Origin: Escherichia coli
GTDB taxonomy: Bacteria; Pseudomonadota; Gammaproteobacteria; Enterobacterales; Enterobacteriaceae
Strand: one strand, 5' to 3'
Assembly (NCBI RefSeq): GCF_003018255.1
Contig: NZ_CP027440.1
DNA: 64,000 nt
Part shown: positions 13,362-25,154 of the stretch, in pieces
Position numbering within the stretch: position 1 is the stretch's first letter
Layout: each line of letters begins with the position of its first letter
Translations under genes and position numbers: made by a program
Notes under the pieces: model-generated
Seen by the model: only the letters and a program-made list of their open reading frames with translations
Told to the model about the DNA's origin: nothing
Databases searched by the model: none

Positions 13362-13390
13362 TAGACAGAGGGGTGGGAAGTCCGTATTAT
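13362..13390 (+). promoter_or_regulatory. sigma70 promoter of the argX-hisR-leuT-proM tRNA operon
   Basis: -35 TAGACA (13362-13367), 17-bp spacer, -10 TATTAT (13385-13390), GC-rich discriminator CCACCCCCGC, AT-rich UP-like tract upstream; about 20 nt upstream of tRNA-Arg. Confidence 0.6.
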
Positions 13391-13411
13391 CCACCCCCGC
13401 AACGGCGCTAA

Positions 13412-13488
<77 letters not shown>

Positions 13489-13545
13489 TTTAGTCCCGGC
13501 GCTTGAGCTGCGGTGGTAGTAATACCGCGTAACAAGATTTGTAGT

Positions 13546-13622
13546 GGTGGCTATAGCTCAGTTGGTAGAGCCCTGGATTGTGATTCCAGTTGTCGTGGGT
13601 TCGAATCCCATTAGCCACCCCA
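13546..13622 (+). tRNA. hisR: tRNA-His (anticodon GUG)
   Basis: GGUGGCUAUAGCUCAGUUGGUAGAGC with the extra 5' G typical of tRNA-His; anticodon loop AUUGUGAUU; GGUUCGAAUCC T-arm; CCA end. Confidence 0.9.
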
Positions 13623-13642
13623 TTATTAGAAGTTGTGACAAT

Positions 13643-13729
13643 GCGAAGGTGGCGGAATTGGTAGACGCGCTAGCTTCAGGTGTTAGTGTCCTTACGGACG
13701 TGGGGGTTCAAGTCCCCCCCCTCGCACCA
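13643..13729 (+). tRNA. leuT: tRNA-Leu (anticodon CAG), long variable arm
   Basis: GCGAAGGUGGCGGAAUUGGUAGACGC D-arm; anticodon loop CUUCAGGUG; long variable arm; GGUUCAAGUCC T-arm; CCA end. Confidence 0.9.
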
Positions 13730-13771
13730 CGACTTTAAAGAATTGAACTAAAAATTCAAAAAGCAGTATTT

Positions 13772-13848
13772 CGGCGAGTAGCGCAGCTTGGTAGCGCAAC
13801 TGGTTTGGGACCAGTGGGTCGGAGGTTCGAATCCTCTCTCGCCGACCA
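13772..13848 (+). tRNA. proM: tRNA-Pro (anticodon UGG)
   Basis: CGGCGAGUAGCGCAGCUUGGUAGCGC; anticodon loop UUUGGGA; GGUUCGAAUCC T-arm; CCA end. Confidence 0.9.
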
Positions 13849-13854
13849 ATTTTG

Positions 13855-13880
13855 AACCCCGCTTCGGCGGGGTTTTTTGT
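13855..13880 (+). terminator. Rho-independent terminator of tRNA operon
   Basis: Hairpin CCCCGCTTCGGCGGGG immediately followed by TTTTTTGTTTTC. Confidence 0.8.
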
Positions 13881-13994
13881 TTTCTGTGCATTTCGTCACT
13901 TTCCCTTCGCAATAAACGCCCGTAATAACGCATTGCGCCACGGTATGATTTCGCCCTTAACTTATTGAAGGATGACTTCAGGCAAGGAGCGACC

Positions 13995-15230
13995 ATGCTG
14001 CAACAGGTTCCAACGCGTGCTTTTCATGTGATGGCGAAACCGAGCGGTTCCGATTGTAATCTGAACTGTGACTACTGTTTTTATCTCGAAAAACAATCCC
14101 TTTACCGCGAAAAGCCAGTCACGCATATGGACGATGACACGCTGGAAGCGTATGTCCGTCACTATATCGCTGCCAGCGAAACCCAAAACGAAGTGGCTTT
14201 TACCTGGCAGGGCGGCGAACCAACGTTACTCGGGCTGGATTTTTACCGCCGTGCCGTGGCGCTACAGGCGAAATATGGTGCTGGCAGGAAGATAAGTAAC
14301 AGCTTCCAGACTAACGGCGTGCTGCTTGATGACGAATGGTGTGCATTTCTGGCAGAAAATCATTTTCTTGTAGGGTTATCGCTGGATGGTCCGGCTGAGA
14401 TCCACAATCAATATCGCGTGACCAAAGGTGGCAGACCAACGCATAAGCTGGTGATGCGTGCTCTGACGCTCCTGCAAAAACATCATGTCGACTATAACGT
14501 GCTGGTCTGCGTCAATCGCACCAGTGCGTTACAACCTTTGCAAGTCTATGATTTTCTGTGTGATGCAGGTGTTGAGTTCATCCAGTTTATTCCGGTGGTC
14601 GAGCGCCTGGCTGATGAAACGGCTGCTCATGCTGGACTTAAGCTACATGCTCCCGGCGATATTCAGGGCGAACTGACGGAATGGTCGGTGTGCCCGCAAG
14701 AGTTCGGTGAGTTTCTGGTGGCGATTTTCGACCACTGGATTAAGCGCGACGTCGGCAAGGTTTTCGTAATGAATATCGAATGGGCGTTCGCCAATTTTGT
14801 CGGCGCACCGGGCGCGGTTTGCCATCATCAGCCAACCTGTGGGCGCTCGGTGATTGTTGAACACAACGGCGATGTTTACGCCTGCGATCACTATGTTTAT
14901 CCGCAGTATCGACTAGGGAATATGCTTCAGCAGACGATTGCAGAAATGATTGATTCCCCGCAACAGCAGGCATTTGGTGAAGATAAATTCAAGCAGTTAC
15001 CGGCACAGTGTCGCAGTTGCAACGTGTTAAAAGCGTGCTGGGGAGGCTGCCCGAAACACCGCTTTATGCTCGATGCCAGCGGCAAACCCGGGCTGAATTA
15101 TTTGTGTGCCGGGTATCAGCGTTATTTCCGCCATCTACCGCCATATCTTAAAGCAATGGCTGATTTGCTGGCGCACGGTCGTCCGGCCAGCGACATTATG
15201 CAGGCGCATTTGATGGTGGTGAATAAGTAG
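13995..15230 (+). CDS. aslB: anaerobic sulfatase-maturating enzyme (radical SAM)
   Basis: ORF track starts at 13965; ATG at 13995 (MLQQVPTRAFHV) gives a ~411 aa product; CxxxCxxC radical-SAM cluster motif CNLNCDYCFY and C-terminal Cys-rich SPASM region. Confidence 0.85.
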   Translation: MLQQVPTRAFHVMAKPSGSDCNLNCDYCFYLEKQSLYREKPVTHMDDDTLEAYVRHYIAASETQNEVAFTWQGGEPTLLGLDFYRRAVALQAKYGAGRKISNSFQTNGVLLDDEWCAFLAENHFLVGLSLDGPAEIHNQYRVTKGGRPTHKLVMRALTLLQKHHVDYNVLVCVNRTSALQPLQVYDFLCDAGVEFIQFIPVVERLADETAAHAGLKLHAPGDIQGELTEWSVCPQEFGEFLVAIFDHWIKRDVGKVFVMNIEWAFANFVGAPGAVCHHQPTCGRSVIVEHNGDVYACDHYVYPQYRLGNMLQQTIAEMIDSPQQQAFGEDKFKQLPAQCRSCNVLKACWGGCPKHRFMLDASGKPGLNYLCAGYQRYFRHLPPYLKAMADLLAHGRPASDIMQAHLMVVNK

Positions 15231-15256
15231 AAATCGGCGGCCGCCTGCGGTTGATT

Positions 15257-15359
15257 GCCGGATGCGGCGTGAACGCCTTATCCGGCCTACAATCATTGCA
15301 AATTCAATAAATTGCAGCGTTCTGTAGGCTGGATAAGATGCGTCAGCATCGCATCCGGC
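15257..15359. repeat. REP/BIME palindromic units (pair in inverted orientation)
   Basis: GCCGGATGCGGCGTGAACGCCTTATCCGGCCTAC and inverted partner GTAGGCTGGATAAGATGCGTCAGCATCGCATCCGGC in the aslB-aslA intergenic space. Confidence 0.8.
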
Positions 15360-15387
15360 AAAGGCAGATCTCAGCGATAGCGCCGGC

Positions 15388-17043
15388 TTAGTCAGATTTA
15401 ATCTGCGCGCGTGGTGGATATTTTTTCAGGATCTCCATATACGCGTGCATTTCGGTCTGTAGCGGTACACCCATCGGAATATGGCGCACGCCGATAGAGT
15501 CGCTTTCCTGCGGATCGGTGTACAGGTTAAACACCGACGATCCCGCCGTTTGCATTACTGTGCCGGTGAATCCACCCTGATATCCGCTCTGGGTATAAGC
15601 GTAAGGTTGCTGAATCAGGACGTGATACTTGAACTCATCCATACGCACAGCAGAAAGTTTACCGTTGAGGAAGTAGTGCTCGGCCTTACGGTTAGACTGA
15701 CCATTTGTTCCCAGGAAGAAAGATGTCTGGTCCACACCATCGATAAAGGTGGTTTTCGGTACTAAATTCGCTACTTTCGCCCCAGGATGCCCCGCCAGAT
15801 CCAGCGCCGTAGGGAAGAGATCCGCCAGATCGACAATGCCGTCAGATTTACGCGGTTGGATCATGCCTTTCCAGTAAACGAAGGTTGGCACACGAACGCC
15901 GCCTTCCCATGTAGAACCTTTCGCACCGCGGAACGGCGTGCGACCGTGCGGCGGAACTTCGGCTTCCGGACCGTTATCAGAGGTGAACACAATCAGCGTG
16001 TTATCAAGCTGACCGTTTTTCTCCAGTGCTTTATACAGATTGGCGAAGATATCGTTCATCTCCACCATGCAGTCGCCGTAAGAGGTGCGCGCCGGAGAGC
16101 TACCCGCATATTTGGCGTTCGGGTAGTTATCGAAGTGACAGCCGCGAGTGCCGTAATAGAGGAAGAAAGGCTTATCACTCTTCGCCATCTTGTCGAGGAA
16201 CTTAACGCCATATTCCATCCAGCGTTGATCCAGGTCTTCCATATATTTCGGCGTAATGTCGGCAATGGCTTCCTGTTCACCGCCGCGCACGGCATGAACG
16301 TCATCTTTGCTAAACGGCAGTTTTTGGATGTATTCAGAACGAGCCGGGCTCAGGGCGACTTCCGGGTTGACATGAACATCACGCCATTCGGTATACATAT
16401 CGGACACCGAGTTAAAGCCGCGGAAATCATCAAAGCCAACGTTCTGCGGCTGCGACTCTTTGTTTTCCCCCATATGCCATTTCCCGATGGCCTGGGTGAC
16501 GTAGCCCTGATCATGCAGCAACTGCGGCAGCGTGGTTAACCCTTGCAGACCGCCCGGTTGCCCGTACATTGGCGGCATCAGAATGCCGTGGTGGATGGAG
16601 TATTGTCCGGTAAGAATCGTGGCGCGGGTTGGGGAAGAACTCGGTTGAGAATACGCCGAAGTTAAAATCAGCCCCTGGCTGGCAACGGCGTCGATATCTG
16701 GTGTAGGGTTACCCACCGCCACGCCGCCGCCGTTAAAGCCAACATCCATCCAGCCCACATCATCCAGCAAGAAAACAACCACGTTCGGTTTCTTACCGGT
16801 TTTTTTCTCAAGTTCTGCCAGCTTCTGCTGGGTTTCTTTGTCTTGTGCAGGATGCTGCATCACCGGCATCATGTTGTCGGCAATAGTGGTCGCCGGTTTA
16901 ACCAGATACTGGTTTGGGTGATCGTATCCGGCAAAGCCTTTGCGTGCGGTGGCGGTTGACGGGGTATCTGCTGCGCTGGCTATGAGAGGAAGAGCTGCGG
17001 CGACAGCAACAACAAGAAGTTTGGGTGAAAACGAAAATTCCAT
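15388..17043 (-). CDS. aslA: arylsulfatase
   Basis: 551 aa; signal peptide; sulfatase signature with the formylglycine target motif [15 protein letters not shown] (C/S-x-P-x-R) and downstream GKWH motif. Confidence 0.9.
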   Translation of the reverse strand: MEFSFSPKLLVVAVAAALPLIASAADTPSTATARKGFAGYDHPNQYLVKPATTIADNMMPVMQHPAQDKETQQKLAELEKKTGKKPNVVVFLLDDVGWMDVGFNGGGVAVGNPTPDIDAVASQGLILTSAYSQPSSSPTRATILTGQYSIHHGILMPPMYGQPGGLQGLTTLPQLLHDQGYVTQAIGKWHMGENKESQPQNVGFDDFRGFNSVSDMYTEWRDVHVNPEVALSPARSEYIQKLPFSKDDVHAVRGGEQEAIADITPKYMEDLDQRWMEYGVKFLDKMAKSDKPFFLYYGTRGCHFDNYPNAKYAGSSPARTSYGDCMVEMNDIFANLYKALEKNGQLDNTLIVFTSDNGPEAEVPPHGRTPFRGAKGSTWEGGVRVPTFVYWKGMIQPRKSDGIVDLADLFPTALDLAGHPGAKVANLVPKTTFIDGVDQTSFFLGTNGQSNRKAEHYFLNGKLSAVRMDEFKYHVLIQQPYAYTQSGYQGGFTGTVMQTAGSSVFNLYTDPQESDSIGVRHIPMGVPLQTEMHAYMEILKKYPPRAQIKSD

Positions 17044-17455
17044 GCAAAATGCTCCGGTTTCATGTCGTCAAAATGATGACGTAATTAAGCATTGATAATT
17101 GAGATCCCTCTCCCTGACAGGATGATTGCATAAATAATAGTGATAAAAATAAATTATTTATTTATCCAGAAAATGAATTGAAAAATCAGGAGAGCATTTT
17201 CAATCCTACCTCTGGCGCAGGTGATATGTAAGGCGGTGATGTTATATCGCTTTGATTATTGATGCTGTTTTTAGTTTTAACGGCAATTAATATATATGTT
17301 ATTAATTGAATGACTTTTATTATTCATTATATATATGTGTAGAATTGTGCGCAGGAGAAATATTCACTCAGGAAGTTATTACTCAGGAAGCAAAGAGGAT
17401 TACAGAATTATCTCATAACAAGTGTTAAGGGATGTTATTTCCCGGTTCTCTGTGG

Positions 17456-17461
17456 CATAAT
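17456..17461 (+). promoter_or_regulatory. -10 element (extended TG-n-CATAAT) of glmZ promoter
   Basis: TGGCATAAT located 7 nt upstream of the proposed sRNA 5' end. Confidence 0.45.
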
Positions 17462-17467
17462 AAACGA

Positions 17468-17675
17468 GTAGATGCTCATTCCATCTCTTATGTTCGCCTT
17501 AGTGCCTCATAAACTCCGGAATGACGCAGAGCCGTTTACGGTGCTTATCGTCCACTGACAGATGTCGCTTATGCCTCATCAGACACCATGGACACAACGT
17601 TGAGTGAAGCACCCACTTGTTGTCATACAGACCTGTTTTAACGCCTGCTCCGTAATAAGAGCAGGCGTTTTTTTA
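17468..17675 (+). ncRNA. glmZ: GlmZ small RNA (glmS activator)
   Basis: Sequence beginning GTAGATGCTCATTCCATCTCTTATGTTCGCC and ending in terminator hairpin GCCTGCTC-CGTAATAA-GAGCAGGC plus T7, matching the remembered GlmZ sequence and its aslA-hemY intergenic location. Confidence 0.65.
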
Positions 17676-17721
17676 TGTATCAGAAAGGTCCCGGAGGAGC
17701 TTGCCTCCGGGTGAGAAAGAG

Positions 17722-18918
17722 CTACTGTGGCGGGTTGTTCTGCAACGTTAACATCAAACCGTCGCGACGCATCGCTGCGGCTTCTTCCGGCTTGTGCAGT
17801 CTGTCCAGCGCGTCGGCAAGCCATGCGTAATCGTAGGCGTCCGGACGTTGTTTCAGCGCTGCGCGGAAGGCGAGCGATGCTTCCTGCCATTCTCCGTGTT
17901 TCATCAGCGACTGACCCAGTGTGCTCCACAACAGCGGGCGATCGCCCACGTTTTTGATCTGTTGGCGCAGCACTTTTTCCAGCTGTTCCGGGTTATTGGT
18001 TTTCAGACGCGGGATCGGCAGCAGCAGGCGATCGTCATACTGGCGTTTCAGGCCATCGATGATAATTTGCTGGGCAGTATCATGATCGTCACACTCAATA
18101 AGATGTTCCGCCATTGCCACCTGCAAGGCCACCTGATGACGCGTTTTCCGGCTTTGGTTTTTCCACCAGTTACGCAAACCTTCACTACCGTTATCGGCAC
18201 GCGCCTGATCCATCAGGCCAATCCATGCCTGTTGTTCCAGCATTGCACGATGTTCTTCATCACCAACATGGGCTTTCGCCATTGATGGGATGATATCCAG
18301 CAGCGAACTCCATGCACCAGTGCGGATATACGCCTGTTCCGCCAGACGTAATACTTCCGGATGGCGTGGCGTAACTTCCAGCAGCTTATCCACGCCGTGA
18401 CGTGCTGCATGGTTTTCATTACGGGCCAGTTGCAGACGTACACGGGTGATTTCTACCGGAATGGTGTCATTGCCGGCCAGCTCCGCTGCGCGTTCCAGAT
18501 GTTGGTTGGCGCGTGCTTCATCACCACGTTGTTGCGCGGCTTCGGCTGCCAGTAGATAGTTCACCACCGGTTGTTCAGCGTGATCGGCATTTTTCGCCAT
18601 CAGCTTTTCAACTTGCTGATAATCGCCTTCCGCCAGTTTCAGCAGCGCCTGTTCGGTCTGCTTACGTGCACGGCGACGCTTACGTCCGACAAACCACCCA
18701 CGGGTGTGCGCGCCTGTGCGGAAGATTCGCCGCAGTAGCCACTCAATGGCAAACAGCACTACCATCGCCAGAATCAAAATAATCGCGAGGCCCGTGACGC
18801 TAGTTTCAATATTGTAGTTGTCGGTCTGGATCAGCACGTAACCCTGATGGCCGGCAATCATCGGGCCAACCACGATCCCCGCAATCAGCAACACAAAGAG
18901 CAATAACACTTTTAGCAT
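17722..18918 (-). CDS. hemY: protoheme IX biogenesis protein HemY (TPR membrane protein)
   Basis: 398 aa; two N-terminal TM helices followed by TPR-like repeats; hemCDXY operon synteny. Confidence 0.85.
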   Translation of the reverse strand: MLKVLLLFVLLIAGIVVGPMIAGHQGYVLIQTDNYNIETSVTGLAIILILAMVVLFAIEWLLRRIFRTGAHTRGWFVGRKRRRARKQTEQALLKLAEGDYQQVEKLMAKNADHAEQPVVNYLLAAEAAQQRGDEARANQHLERAAELAGNDTIPVEITRVRLQLARNENHAARHGVDKLLEVTPRHPEVLRLAEQAYIRTGAWSSLLDIIPSMAKAHVGDEEHRAMLEQQAWIGLMDQARADNGSEGLRNWWKNQSRKTRHQVALQVAMAEHLIECDDHDTAQQIIIDGLKRQYDDRLLLPIPRLKTNNPEQLEKVLRQQIKNVGDRPLLWSTLGQSLMKHGEWQEASLAFRAALKQRPDAYDYAWLADALDRLHKPEEAAAMRRDGLMLTLQNNPPQ

Positions 18919-18920
18919 GG

Positions 18921-20114
18921 TTATTCTCCTTGCGGCGCGGCTGCCGGAGCATCAGCTTGCGGTGTAGGTGCAGGTGCAGGTGCAGGTTTAGCTTCCGTTG
19001 TCCCTGCTGCCGGTTGTGCCAGCAGGTTACGCACGCGGGTCTGCATCAATTTTTCCAGCATCGCCTGGCTTTGCAGGGTTTCCGGAAGATCCATCGAGAT
19101 ATTTTGCTGGCTTAACTGGTCCACCTCGTCGAGGAACGCTTTGGTGGTGGCATCATCAGTATCGTAGTAAGCACGTACCCAGGTGGAGACGTTCTCCAGC
19201 GCCTGGCGATAAGTCTCTTCCTGGTGACGCGGTACAGCTTGTGCTGCGACCAGCAGGCGAGAGCGAATATTTTCGCGCAGATAGATATCCTGATTTGGCG
19301 CTAACAGCGGTACGGCGGTGTCATCACGACGGCGAATCGTAATGAAGTTGTCCATAAAGTTCTGCCAGCTTTTTTGCAGATTGATACGCCATTCGCTGAT
19401 GGAACTGGAAAGCTCTTCACCGTCGGAATCCATCGGCGAACCATCGCTGTCATTATCAGCCAGACGCAGATTATCTACCTGATTTGAAAGCTGATTAAGC
19501 TTAAGGATGATACCGTCATAATCCACCTGCGATACCGCAGAAAGGCTGGCGATATCATCGGTAATTGCCCGACGAACGGTAATCAGACTCGGGTCATTCA
19601 TATCCGCCAGGCTGGCATCTGCACTTTTCAGCAACGCTGCAGCGGTCGTGACGTCTTGATCGCTCCACAGCTTCCGTCCTGCGAGTTTCACCAGAAAATC
19701 GGCCTGAGCCAGCAGCCAGGTTTTAGCATCGCTGCCGGAAATGGTGGCGACCTTTTGTTGGACTTCATCCAACTGTTTTGCCAGCGTTTCTTGCTGACGA
19801 TTCGCCTGCTCAAGCTGTACAGCTTGTTGCTTGATAATGCCTTCCAGCTCGGCTTTTTGGCTCTCCTGGGCTTTTTGCAATGCCGTCAGTTGGTTAGCCA
19901 GGGCATCGCTGGTGGCGGTCTGATTGACGGCCTGTTGTTTACCCCAGCCATACAAACCGACGCCCGCCGCCAGAGCAATAGCGATAGCCACCGCGCTGAG
20001 AATCAATGCGGTATTGTTCTTACTCTTTTTTTCTGTTGCGACAGGTTGTGACGTGGTGTCCACGGCCTCCCTGGTCTCTTCAACCACGGCGGAGGTTTTT
20101 TCTTGTTCCGTCAT
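18921..20114 (-). CDS. hemX: HemX (uroporphyrinogen-III methyltransferase-like membrane protein)
   Basis: 397 aa; Ala/Pro-rich C-terminus ([19 protein letters not shown]); single TM anchor; operon position. Confidence 0.85.
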   Translation of the reverse strand: MTEQEKTSAVVEETREAVDTTSQPVATEKKSKNNTALILSAVAIAIALAAGVGLYGWGKQQAVNQTATSDALANQLTALQKAQESQKAELEGIIKQQAVQLEQANRQQETLAKQLDEVQQKVATISGSDAKTWLLAQADFLVKLAGRKLWSDQDVTTAAALLKSADASLADMNDPSLITVRRAITDDIASLSAVSQVDYDGIILKLNQLSNQVDNLRLADNDSDGSPMDSDGEELSSSISEWRINLQKSWQNFMDNFITIRRRDDTAVPLLAPNQDIYLRENIRSRLLVAAQAVPRHQEETYRQALENVSTWVRAYYDTDDATTKAFLDEVDQLSQQNISMDLPETLQSQAMLEKLMQTRVRNLLAQPAAGTTEAKPAPAPAPTPQADAPAAAPQGE

Positions 20115-20135
20115 TATGGCTTCCTGTTATGAGAG

Positions 20136-20876
20136 TTATTGTAATGCCCGTAAAAGCGCATCGTTGTCAGCGTTATCGGCGACCTTAATGTCTTGCCAGC
20201 CCAGTTCCCGGGCGAGTTTCGCCAAACGCTCACTGACGACCAATAGTCGACAGCGTAGTAACCAGTGCTCACGATACCATTGTGGGATCAGCGACCAGAG
20301 TTGCTGCAACATTTCACCGCTGGTAACAACGACCGTCGTCACCTCGCGGGATTGCCAGCGCATCGCTTCTTCTGCACCATCGTAATGGATTGCGCATCGT
20401 TGATAACATTCACAAAAAGTGACCTCAGCACCGCGCGCCGTCAGGGAATCCCCAATTAGCTCACGACCGCCATTGCCACGTAATATCAGCGCACGTTTGC
20501 CCGCAATATTTTGTAATTCAGGTAATTGTAGCAAGACTTCGCTGATTTCCCGATCCTGCGGGTAGAGAATCTTCTGTCCGCTTACGGTATGTAGTGCCAG
20601 TGCGGTGGTGCGTCCAATGGCGAAATAATCAGGTAGTCGGGGCCATTTACGATCTTGCTGATGCAGCTGTGATTGGGCAAAAGCAACCGCGTGTTGCGAG
20701 AGGGCAAACAACAGATCGCTCTCTCCCAGCGCTGCCAGTTGATCAGCAAGTTGCGGTAATTGTCGACCCGGAGAAAACTCAATCAGCGGAAAATGCCAGG
20801 CCACCTGCCCCAGTGTGCGCAGACGGCTCACTAACTCTTCTCCTGCGGGAGACGGGCGGGTGACTAGGATACTCAT
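20136..20876 (-). CDS. hemD: uroporphyrinogen-III synthase
   Basis: 246 aa; start overlaps hemC stop; operon position. Confidence 0.85.
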   Translation of the reverse strand: MSILVTRPSPAGEELVSRLRTLGQVAWHFPLIEFSPGRQLPQLADQLAALGESDLLFALSQHAVAFAQSQLHQQDRKWPRLPDYFAIGRTTALALHTVSGQKILYPQDREISEVLLQLPELQNIAGKRALILRGNGGRELIGDSLTARGAEVTFCECYQRCAIHYDGAEEAMRWQSREVTTVVVTSGEMLQQLWSLIPQWYREHWLLRCRLLVVSERLAKLARELGWQDIKVADNADNDALLRALQ

Positions 20877-21814
20877 GCCGGGGCGTCTCCGTTATAGACT
20901 TCAGCGAGGATCTCGCGCGCGCCGTTATTCAGTAGCTCTTCTGCCAGCGAAATCCCCATTTGTTCGGCATCTTGCGGCGCACCGCGGCGTTCACCGCGAA
21001 TAATCAGCGAACCGTCCGGCGCGCCGACCAACGCACGCAGCCAGATTTCGCCATCAATAAGCTCGGCGTAGCTACCAATTGGTACCTGACATCCGCCTTC
21101 GAGACGGGTATTCATGGCGCGTTCTGCGGTAACGCGCAGTGCAGTTTCGTGGTGATTCAGCGCGGCAAGCAGCTCGCGAGTGCGTGTATCATCAAGGCGG
21201 CATTCAATGCCCACCGCACCTTGTCCTACCGCCGGAAGAGAAATCTCGGGTGGCAACGCGGCGCGAATGCGTGACTCCAGACCTAAACGTTTTAGTCCGG
21301 CTACGGCAAGAATGATGGCATCGTATTCGCCGTTATCCAGTTTGCTCAGGCGAGTGCCGACGTTGCCGCGCAGGGAGCGGATAATCAGATCCGGGCGGCG
21401 TTCAGCCAGTTGGCACTGGCGACGTAAACTGGACGTCCCGACGATACTGCCTGCCGGTAACGCATCCAGACTGTCATAGTTATTGGACACAAAGGCATCG
21501 CGAGGATCTTCACGCTCACAAATAGTGACCAGTCCCAGACCTTGCGGGAATTCAACCGGCACATCTTTCATTGAATGTACGGCGATATCGGCGCGATTTT
21601 CGAGGAGCGCGACTTCCAGCTCTTTTACAAATAAGCCTTTTCCGCCTACTTTCGCCAGCGGCGTATCAAGAATCACATCGCCGCGCGTCACCATCGGTAC
21701 CAGTTCAACGACCAGGCCCGGATGGCTCGCCATCAACTTGTCTTTGACATAGTGTGCCTGCCAGAGTGCAAGTGGGCTTTGGCGTGTGGCAATTCTTAAA
21801 ACATTGTCTAACAT
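20873..21814 (-). CDS. hemC: porphobilinogen deaminase (hydroxymethylbilane synthase)
   Basis: ORF track starts at 21835; ATG at 21814 ([20 protein letters not shown]) gives the expected 313 aa enzyme. Confidence 0.9.
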   Translation of the reverse strand: MLDNVLRIATRQSPLALWQAHYVKDKLMASHPGLVVELVPMVTRGDVILDTPLAKVGGKGLFVKELEVALLENRADIAVHSMKDVPVEFPQGLGLVTICEREDPRDAFVSNNYDSLDALPAGSIVGTSSLRRQCQLAERRPDLIIRSLRGNVGTRLSKLDNGEYDAIILAVAGLKRLGLESRIRAALPPEISLPAVGQGAVGIECRLDDTRTRELLAALNHHETALRVTAERAMNTRLEGGCQVPIGSYAELIDGEIWLRALVGAPDGSLIIRGERRGAPQDAEQMGISLAEELLNNGAREILAEVYNGDAPA

Positions 21815-22200
21815 GCTTGTTACCGTCATTATCATCCGTGGTCCATCCTAACATCCTTGCCAGAGCGATGTCAGTGTTGTGGTGAAACGTAGACGCCTGC
21901 GCAAACCGTAAAATGAGGTCTGGCAGTGGATCCTGACAGGCGTTTCACGCCGTCGTAATAAGGAATTTACAGAGAATAAACGGTGCTACACTTGTATGTA
22001 GCGCATCTTTCTTTACGGTCAATCAGCAAGGTGTTAAATTGATCACGTTTTAGACCATTTTTTCGTCGTGAAACTAAAAAAACCAGGCGCGAAAAGTGGT
22101 AACGGTTACCTTTGACATACGAAATATCCCGAATGCCGCGTGTTACCGTTGATGTTGGCGGAATCACAGTCATGACGGGTAGCAAATCAGGCGATACGTC

Positions 22201-24747
22201 TTGTACCTCTATATTGAGACTCTGAAACAGAGACTGGATGCCATAAATCAATTGCGTGTGGATCGCGCGCTTGCTGCTATGGGGCCTGCATTCCAACAGG
22301 TCTACAGTCTACTGCCGACATTGTTGCACTATCACCATCCGCTAATGCCGGGTTACCTTGATGGTAACGTTCCCAAAGGCATTTGCCTTTACACGCCTGA
22401 TGAAACTCAACGCCACTACCTGAACGAGCTTGAACTGTATCGTGGAATGTCAGTACAGGATCCGCCGAAAGGTGAGCTTCCAATTACTGGTGTATACACC
22501 ATGGGCAGCACCTCGTCCGTAGGGCAAAGTTGTTCCTCTGACCTGGATATCTGGGTCTGTCATCAATCCTGGCTCGATAGCGAAGAGCGCCAGTTACTAC
22601 AACGTAAATGCAGCCTGCTGGAAAGCTGGGCCGCCTCGCTGGGCGTGGAAGTTAGCTTCTTCCTGATTGATGAAAATCGCTTCCGTCATAATGAAAGCGG
22701 CAGCCTGGGGGGCGAAGATTGTGGCTCCACCCAGCATATACTGCTGCTTGACGAATTTTACCGTACCGCCGTGCGTCTCGCTGGTAAGCGTATTCTGTGG
22801 AATATGGTGCCGTGCGACGAAGAAGAGCATTACGACGACTATGTGATGACGCTTTACGCGCAGGGCGTGCTGACGCCAAATGAATGGCTGGATCTCGGTG
22901 GCTTAAGCTCGCTTTCTGCTGAAGAGTACTTTGGTGCCAGCCTTTGGCAGCTCTACAAGAGTATCGATTCCCCATACAAAGCGGTGCTGAAAACACTGCT
23001 GCTGGAAGCCTATTCCTGGGAATACCCGAACCCACGTCTGCTGGCGAAAGATATCAAACAGCGTTTGCACGACGGCGAGATTGTGTCGTTTGGCCTCGAT
23101 CCTTACTGCATGATGCTGGAGCGTGTTACTGAATACCTGACGGCGATTGAAGATTTCACTCGTCTGGATTTAGTACGCCGCTGCTTCTATTTAAAAGTGT
23201 GCGAAAAACTCAGCCGTGAACGCGCCTGCGTAGGCTGGCGTCGTGAAGTGCTAACCCAGTTAGTGAAAGAGTGGGAATGGGACGATGCTCGTCTGGCAAT
23301 GCTCGATAACCGCGCTAACTGGAAGATTGATCAGGTACGTGAGGCGCACAACGAGTTGCTCGACGCGATGATGCAGAGCTACCGTAATCTGATTCGCTTT
23401 GCGCGCCGCAATAACCTTAGCGTCTCCGCCAGCCCACAGGATATTGGCGTACTGACGCGTAAACTGTATGCCGCGTTTGAAGCGTTACCGGGTAAAGTGA
23501 CGCTGGTAAACCCGCAGATTTCGCCCGATCTCTCGGAACCGAATCTGACCTTTATTTATGTGCCGCCGGGCCGGGCTAACCGTTCAGGTTGGTATCTGTA
23601 TAACCGCGCGCCAAATATTGAGTCGATCATCAGCCATCAGCCGCTGGAATATAACCGTTACCTGAATAAACTGGTGGCGTGGGCATGGTTTAACGGCCTG
23701 CTGACCTCGCGTACCCGCTTGTATATTAAAGGCAACGGCATTGTCGATTTGCCTAAGTTGCAGGAGATGGTCGCCGATGTGTCACACCATTTCCCGCTGC
23801 GCCTGCCTGCACCGACGCCAAAAGCGCTCTACAGCCCGTGTGAAATTCGCCATCTGGCGATTATCGTTAACCTGGAATATGACCCGACAGCTGCGTTCCG
23901 CAATCAGGTGGTGCATTTTGATTTCCGTAAGCTGGACGTCTTCAGCTTTGGCGAGAATCAAAATTGCCTGGTAGGTAGCGTGGACCTGCTGTACCGCAAC
24001 TCGTGGAACGAAGTGCGTACGCTGCACTTCAACGGCGAGCAGTCGATGATCGAAGCCCTGAAAACCATTCTCGGTAAAATGCATCAGGACGCCGCACCGC
24101 CAGATAGCGTGGAAGTCTTCTGCTACAGCCAGCATCTGCGCGGATTAATCCGTACTCGCGTGCAGCAACTGGTTTCTGAGTGCATTGAACTGCGTCTTTC
24201 CAGCACCCGCCAGGAAACCGGGCGCTTCAAGGCGCTGCGCGTTTCTGGTCAAACCTGGGGCTTATTCTTCGAACGCCTGAATGTATCGGTACAGAAACTA
24301 GAAAATGCCATCGAGTTTTATGGCGCTATTTCGCATAACAAACTGCACGGCCTGTCAGTGCAGGTTGAAACCAATCACGTCAAATTACCGGCGGTGGTGG
24401 ACGGCTTTGCCAGCGAAGGGATCATCCAGTTCTTCTTCGAAGAAACGCAAGACGAGAATGGCTTTAATATCTACATTCTCGACGAAAGCAACCGGGTTGA
24501 GGTGTATCACCACTGCGAAGGCAGCAAAGAGGAGCTGGTGCGTGACGTCAGTCGCTTCTACTCGTCATCGCACGACCGTTTTACCTACGGCTCAAGCTTC
24601 ATCAACTTCAACCTGCCGCAGTTCTATCAGATTGTGAAGGTTGATGGTCGTGAACAGGTGATTCCGTTCCGCACCAAATCGATTGGCAACATGCCGCCTG
24701 CCAATCAGGATCACGACACGCCGCTATTACAGCAGTATTTTTCGTGA
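22201..24747 (+). CDS. cyaA: class I adenylate cyclase
   Basis: 848 aa; TTG start codon at 22201 ([18 protein letters not shown]), as remembered for E. coli cyaA. Confidence 0.9.
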   Translation: MYLYIETLKQRLDAINQLRVDRALAAMGPAFQQVYSLLPTLLHYHHPLMPGYLDGNVPKGICLYTPDETQRHYLNELELYRGMSVQDPPKGELPITGVYTMGSTSSVGQSCSSDLDIWVCHQSWLDSEERQLLQRKCSLLESWAASLGVEVSFFLIDENRFRHNESGSLGGEDCGSTQHILLLDEFYRTAVRLAGKRILWNMVPCDEEEHYDDYVMTLYAQGVLTPNEWLDLGGLSSLSAEEYFGASLWQLYKSIDSPYKAVLKTLLLEAYSWEYPNPRLLAKDIKQRLHDGEIVSFGLDPYCMMLERVTEYLTAIEDFTRLDLVRRCFYLKVCEKLSRERACVGWRREVLTQLVKEWEWDDARLAMLDNRANWKIDQVREAHNELLDAMMQSYRNLIRFARRNNLSVSASPQDIGVLTRKLYAAFEALPGKVTLVNPQISPDLSEPNLTFIYVPPGRANRSGWYLYNRAPNIESIISHQPLEYNRYLNKLVAWAWFNGLLTSRTRLYIKGNGIVDLPKLQEMVADVSHHFPLRLPAPTPKALYSPCEIRHLAIIVNLEYDPTAAFRNQVVHFDFRKLDVFSFGENQNCLVGSVDLLYRNSWNEVRTLHFNGEQSMIEALKTILGKMHQDAAPPDSVEVFCYSQHLRGLIRTRVQQLVSECIELRLSSTRQETGRFKALRVSGQTWGLFFERLNVSVQKLENAIEFYGAISHNKLHGLSVQVETNHVKLPAVVDGFASEGIIQFFFEETQDENGFNIYILDESNRVEVYHHCEGSKEELVRDVSRFYSSSHDRFTYGSSFINFNLPQFYQIVKVDGREQVIPFRTKSIGNMPPANQDHDTPLLQQYFS

Positions 24748-24786
24748 TGAGCGTGCCGGAAAGCGAGGCTTATCCGGCATGCAATC

Positions 24787-25107
24787 TTAGCGGAAACTGA
24801 CTGTTTCACCCGCTTGCTGCGTTGCCGCCTGTTCCAGCAAATCCCAGAAGGTTTCGCCGCTACGATCGCAAATCCACTCATCGCCTTTCAGATCAAAATG
24901 GTAGCCGCCCTGTTTGGTTGCCAGCCATACCTGGTGCAGCGGTTCCTGGCGGTTGATAATGATTTTGCTCCCGTTTTCAAAGGTAATGGTCAGTACACCG
25001 CCGTTGATTTCGCAGTCGATATCGCTATCGCCATCCCAGTCGTCCAGACGCTCTTCAATGGTCAGCCACAGTTGATCAGCCAGGCGATGAAATTCACTGT
25101 CGTTCAT
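24787..25107 (-). CDS. cyaY: iron-sulfur cluster assembly protein CyaY (frataxin homolog)
   Basis: 106 aa [33 protein letters not shown] acidic-ridge frataxin fold; convergent with cyaA. Confidence 0.9.
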
Positions 25108-25154
25108 TGTTGTATCCTGTTTTTAAGTGATGGCGGCAGTATAGCGGCATGGGG

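Noticed and set aside
15787-16539. 250 aa plus-strand ORF
   Set aside because: Lies entirely antisense within aslA; Arg-rich low-complexity translation typical of a GC-rich antisense frame; no RBS.
17579-17929. 116 aa minus-strand ORF
   Set aside because: Overlaps the GlmZ-like sRNA and the 3' end of hemY; better explained by those features.
18955-18990. Short tandem GCAGGTGCA repeats
   Set aside because: Too short and embedded in coding sequence (the Pro-Ala repeat of HemX) to be a CRISPR or VNTR; no CRISPR array found anywhere in the window.
18930-19115. 61 aa Cys/Arg-rich plus-strand ORF
   Set aside because: Antisense to the Ala/Pro-rich coding repeats of hemX (GCAGGTGCAGGTGCAGG); artefact of that repeat.
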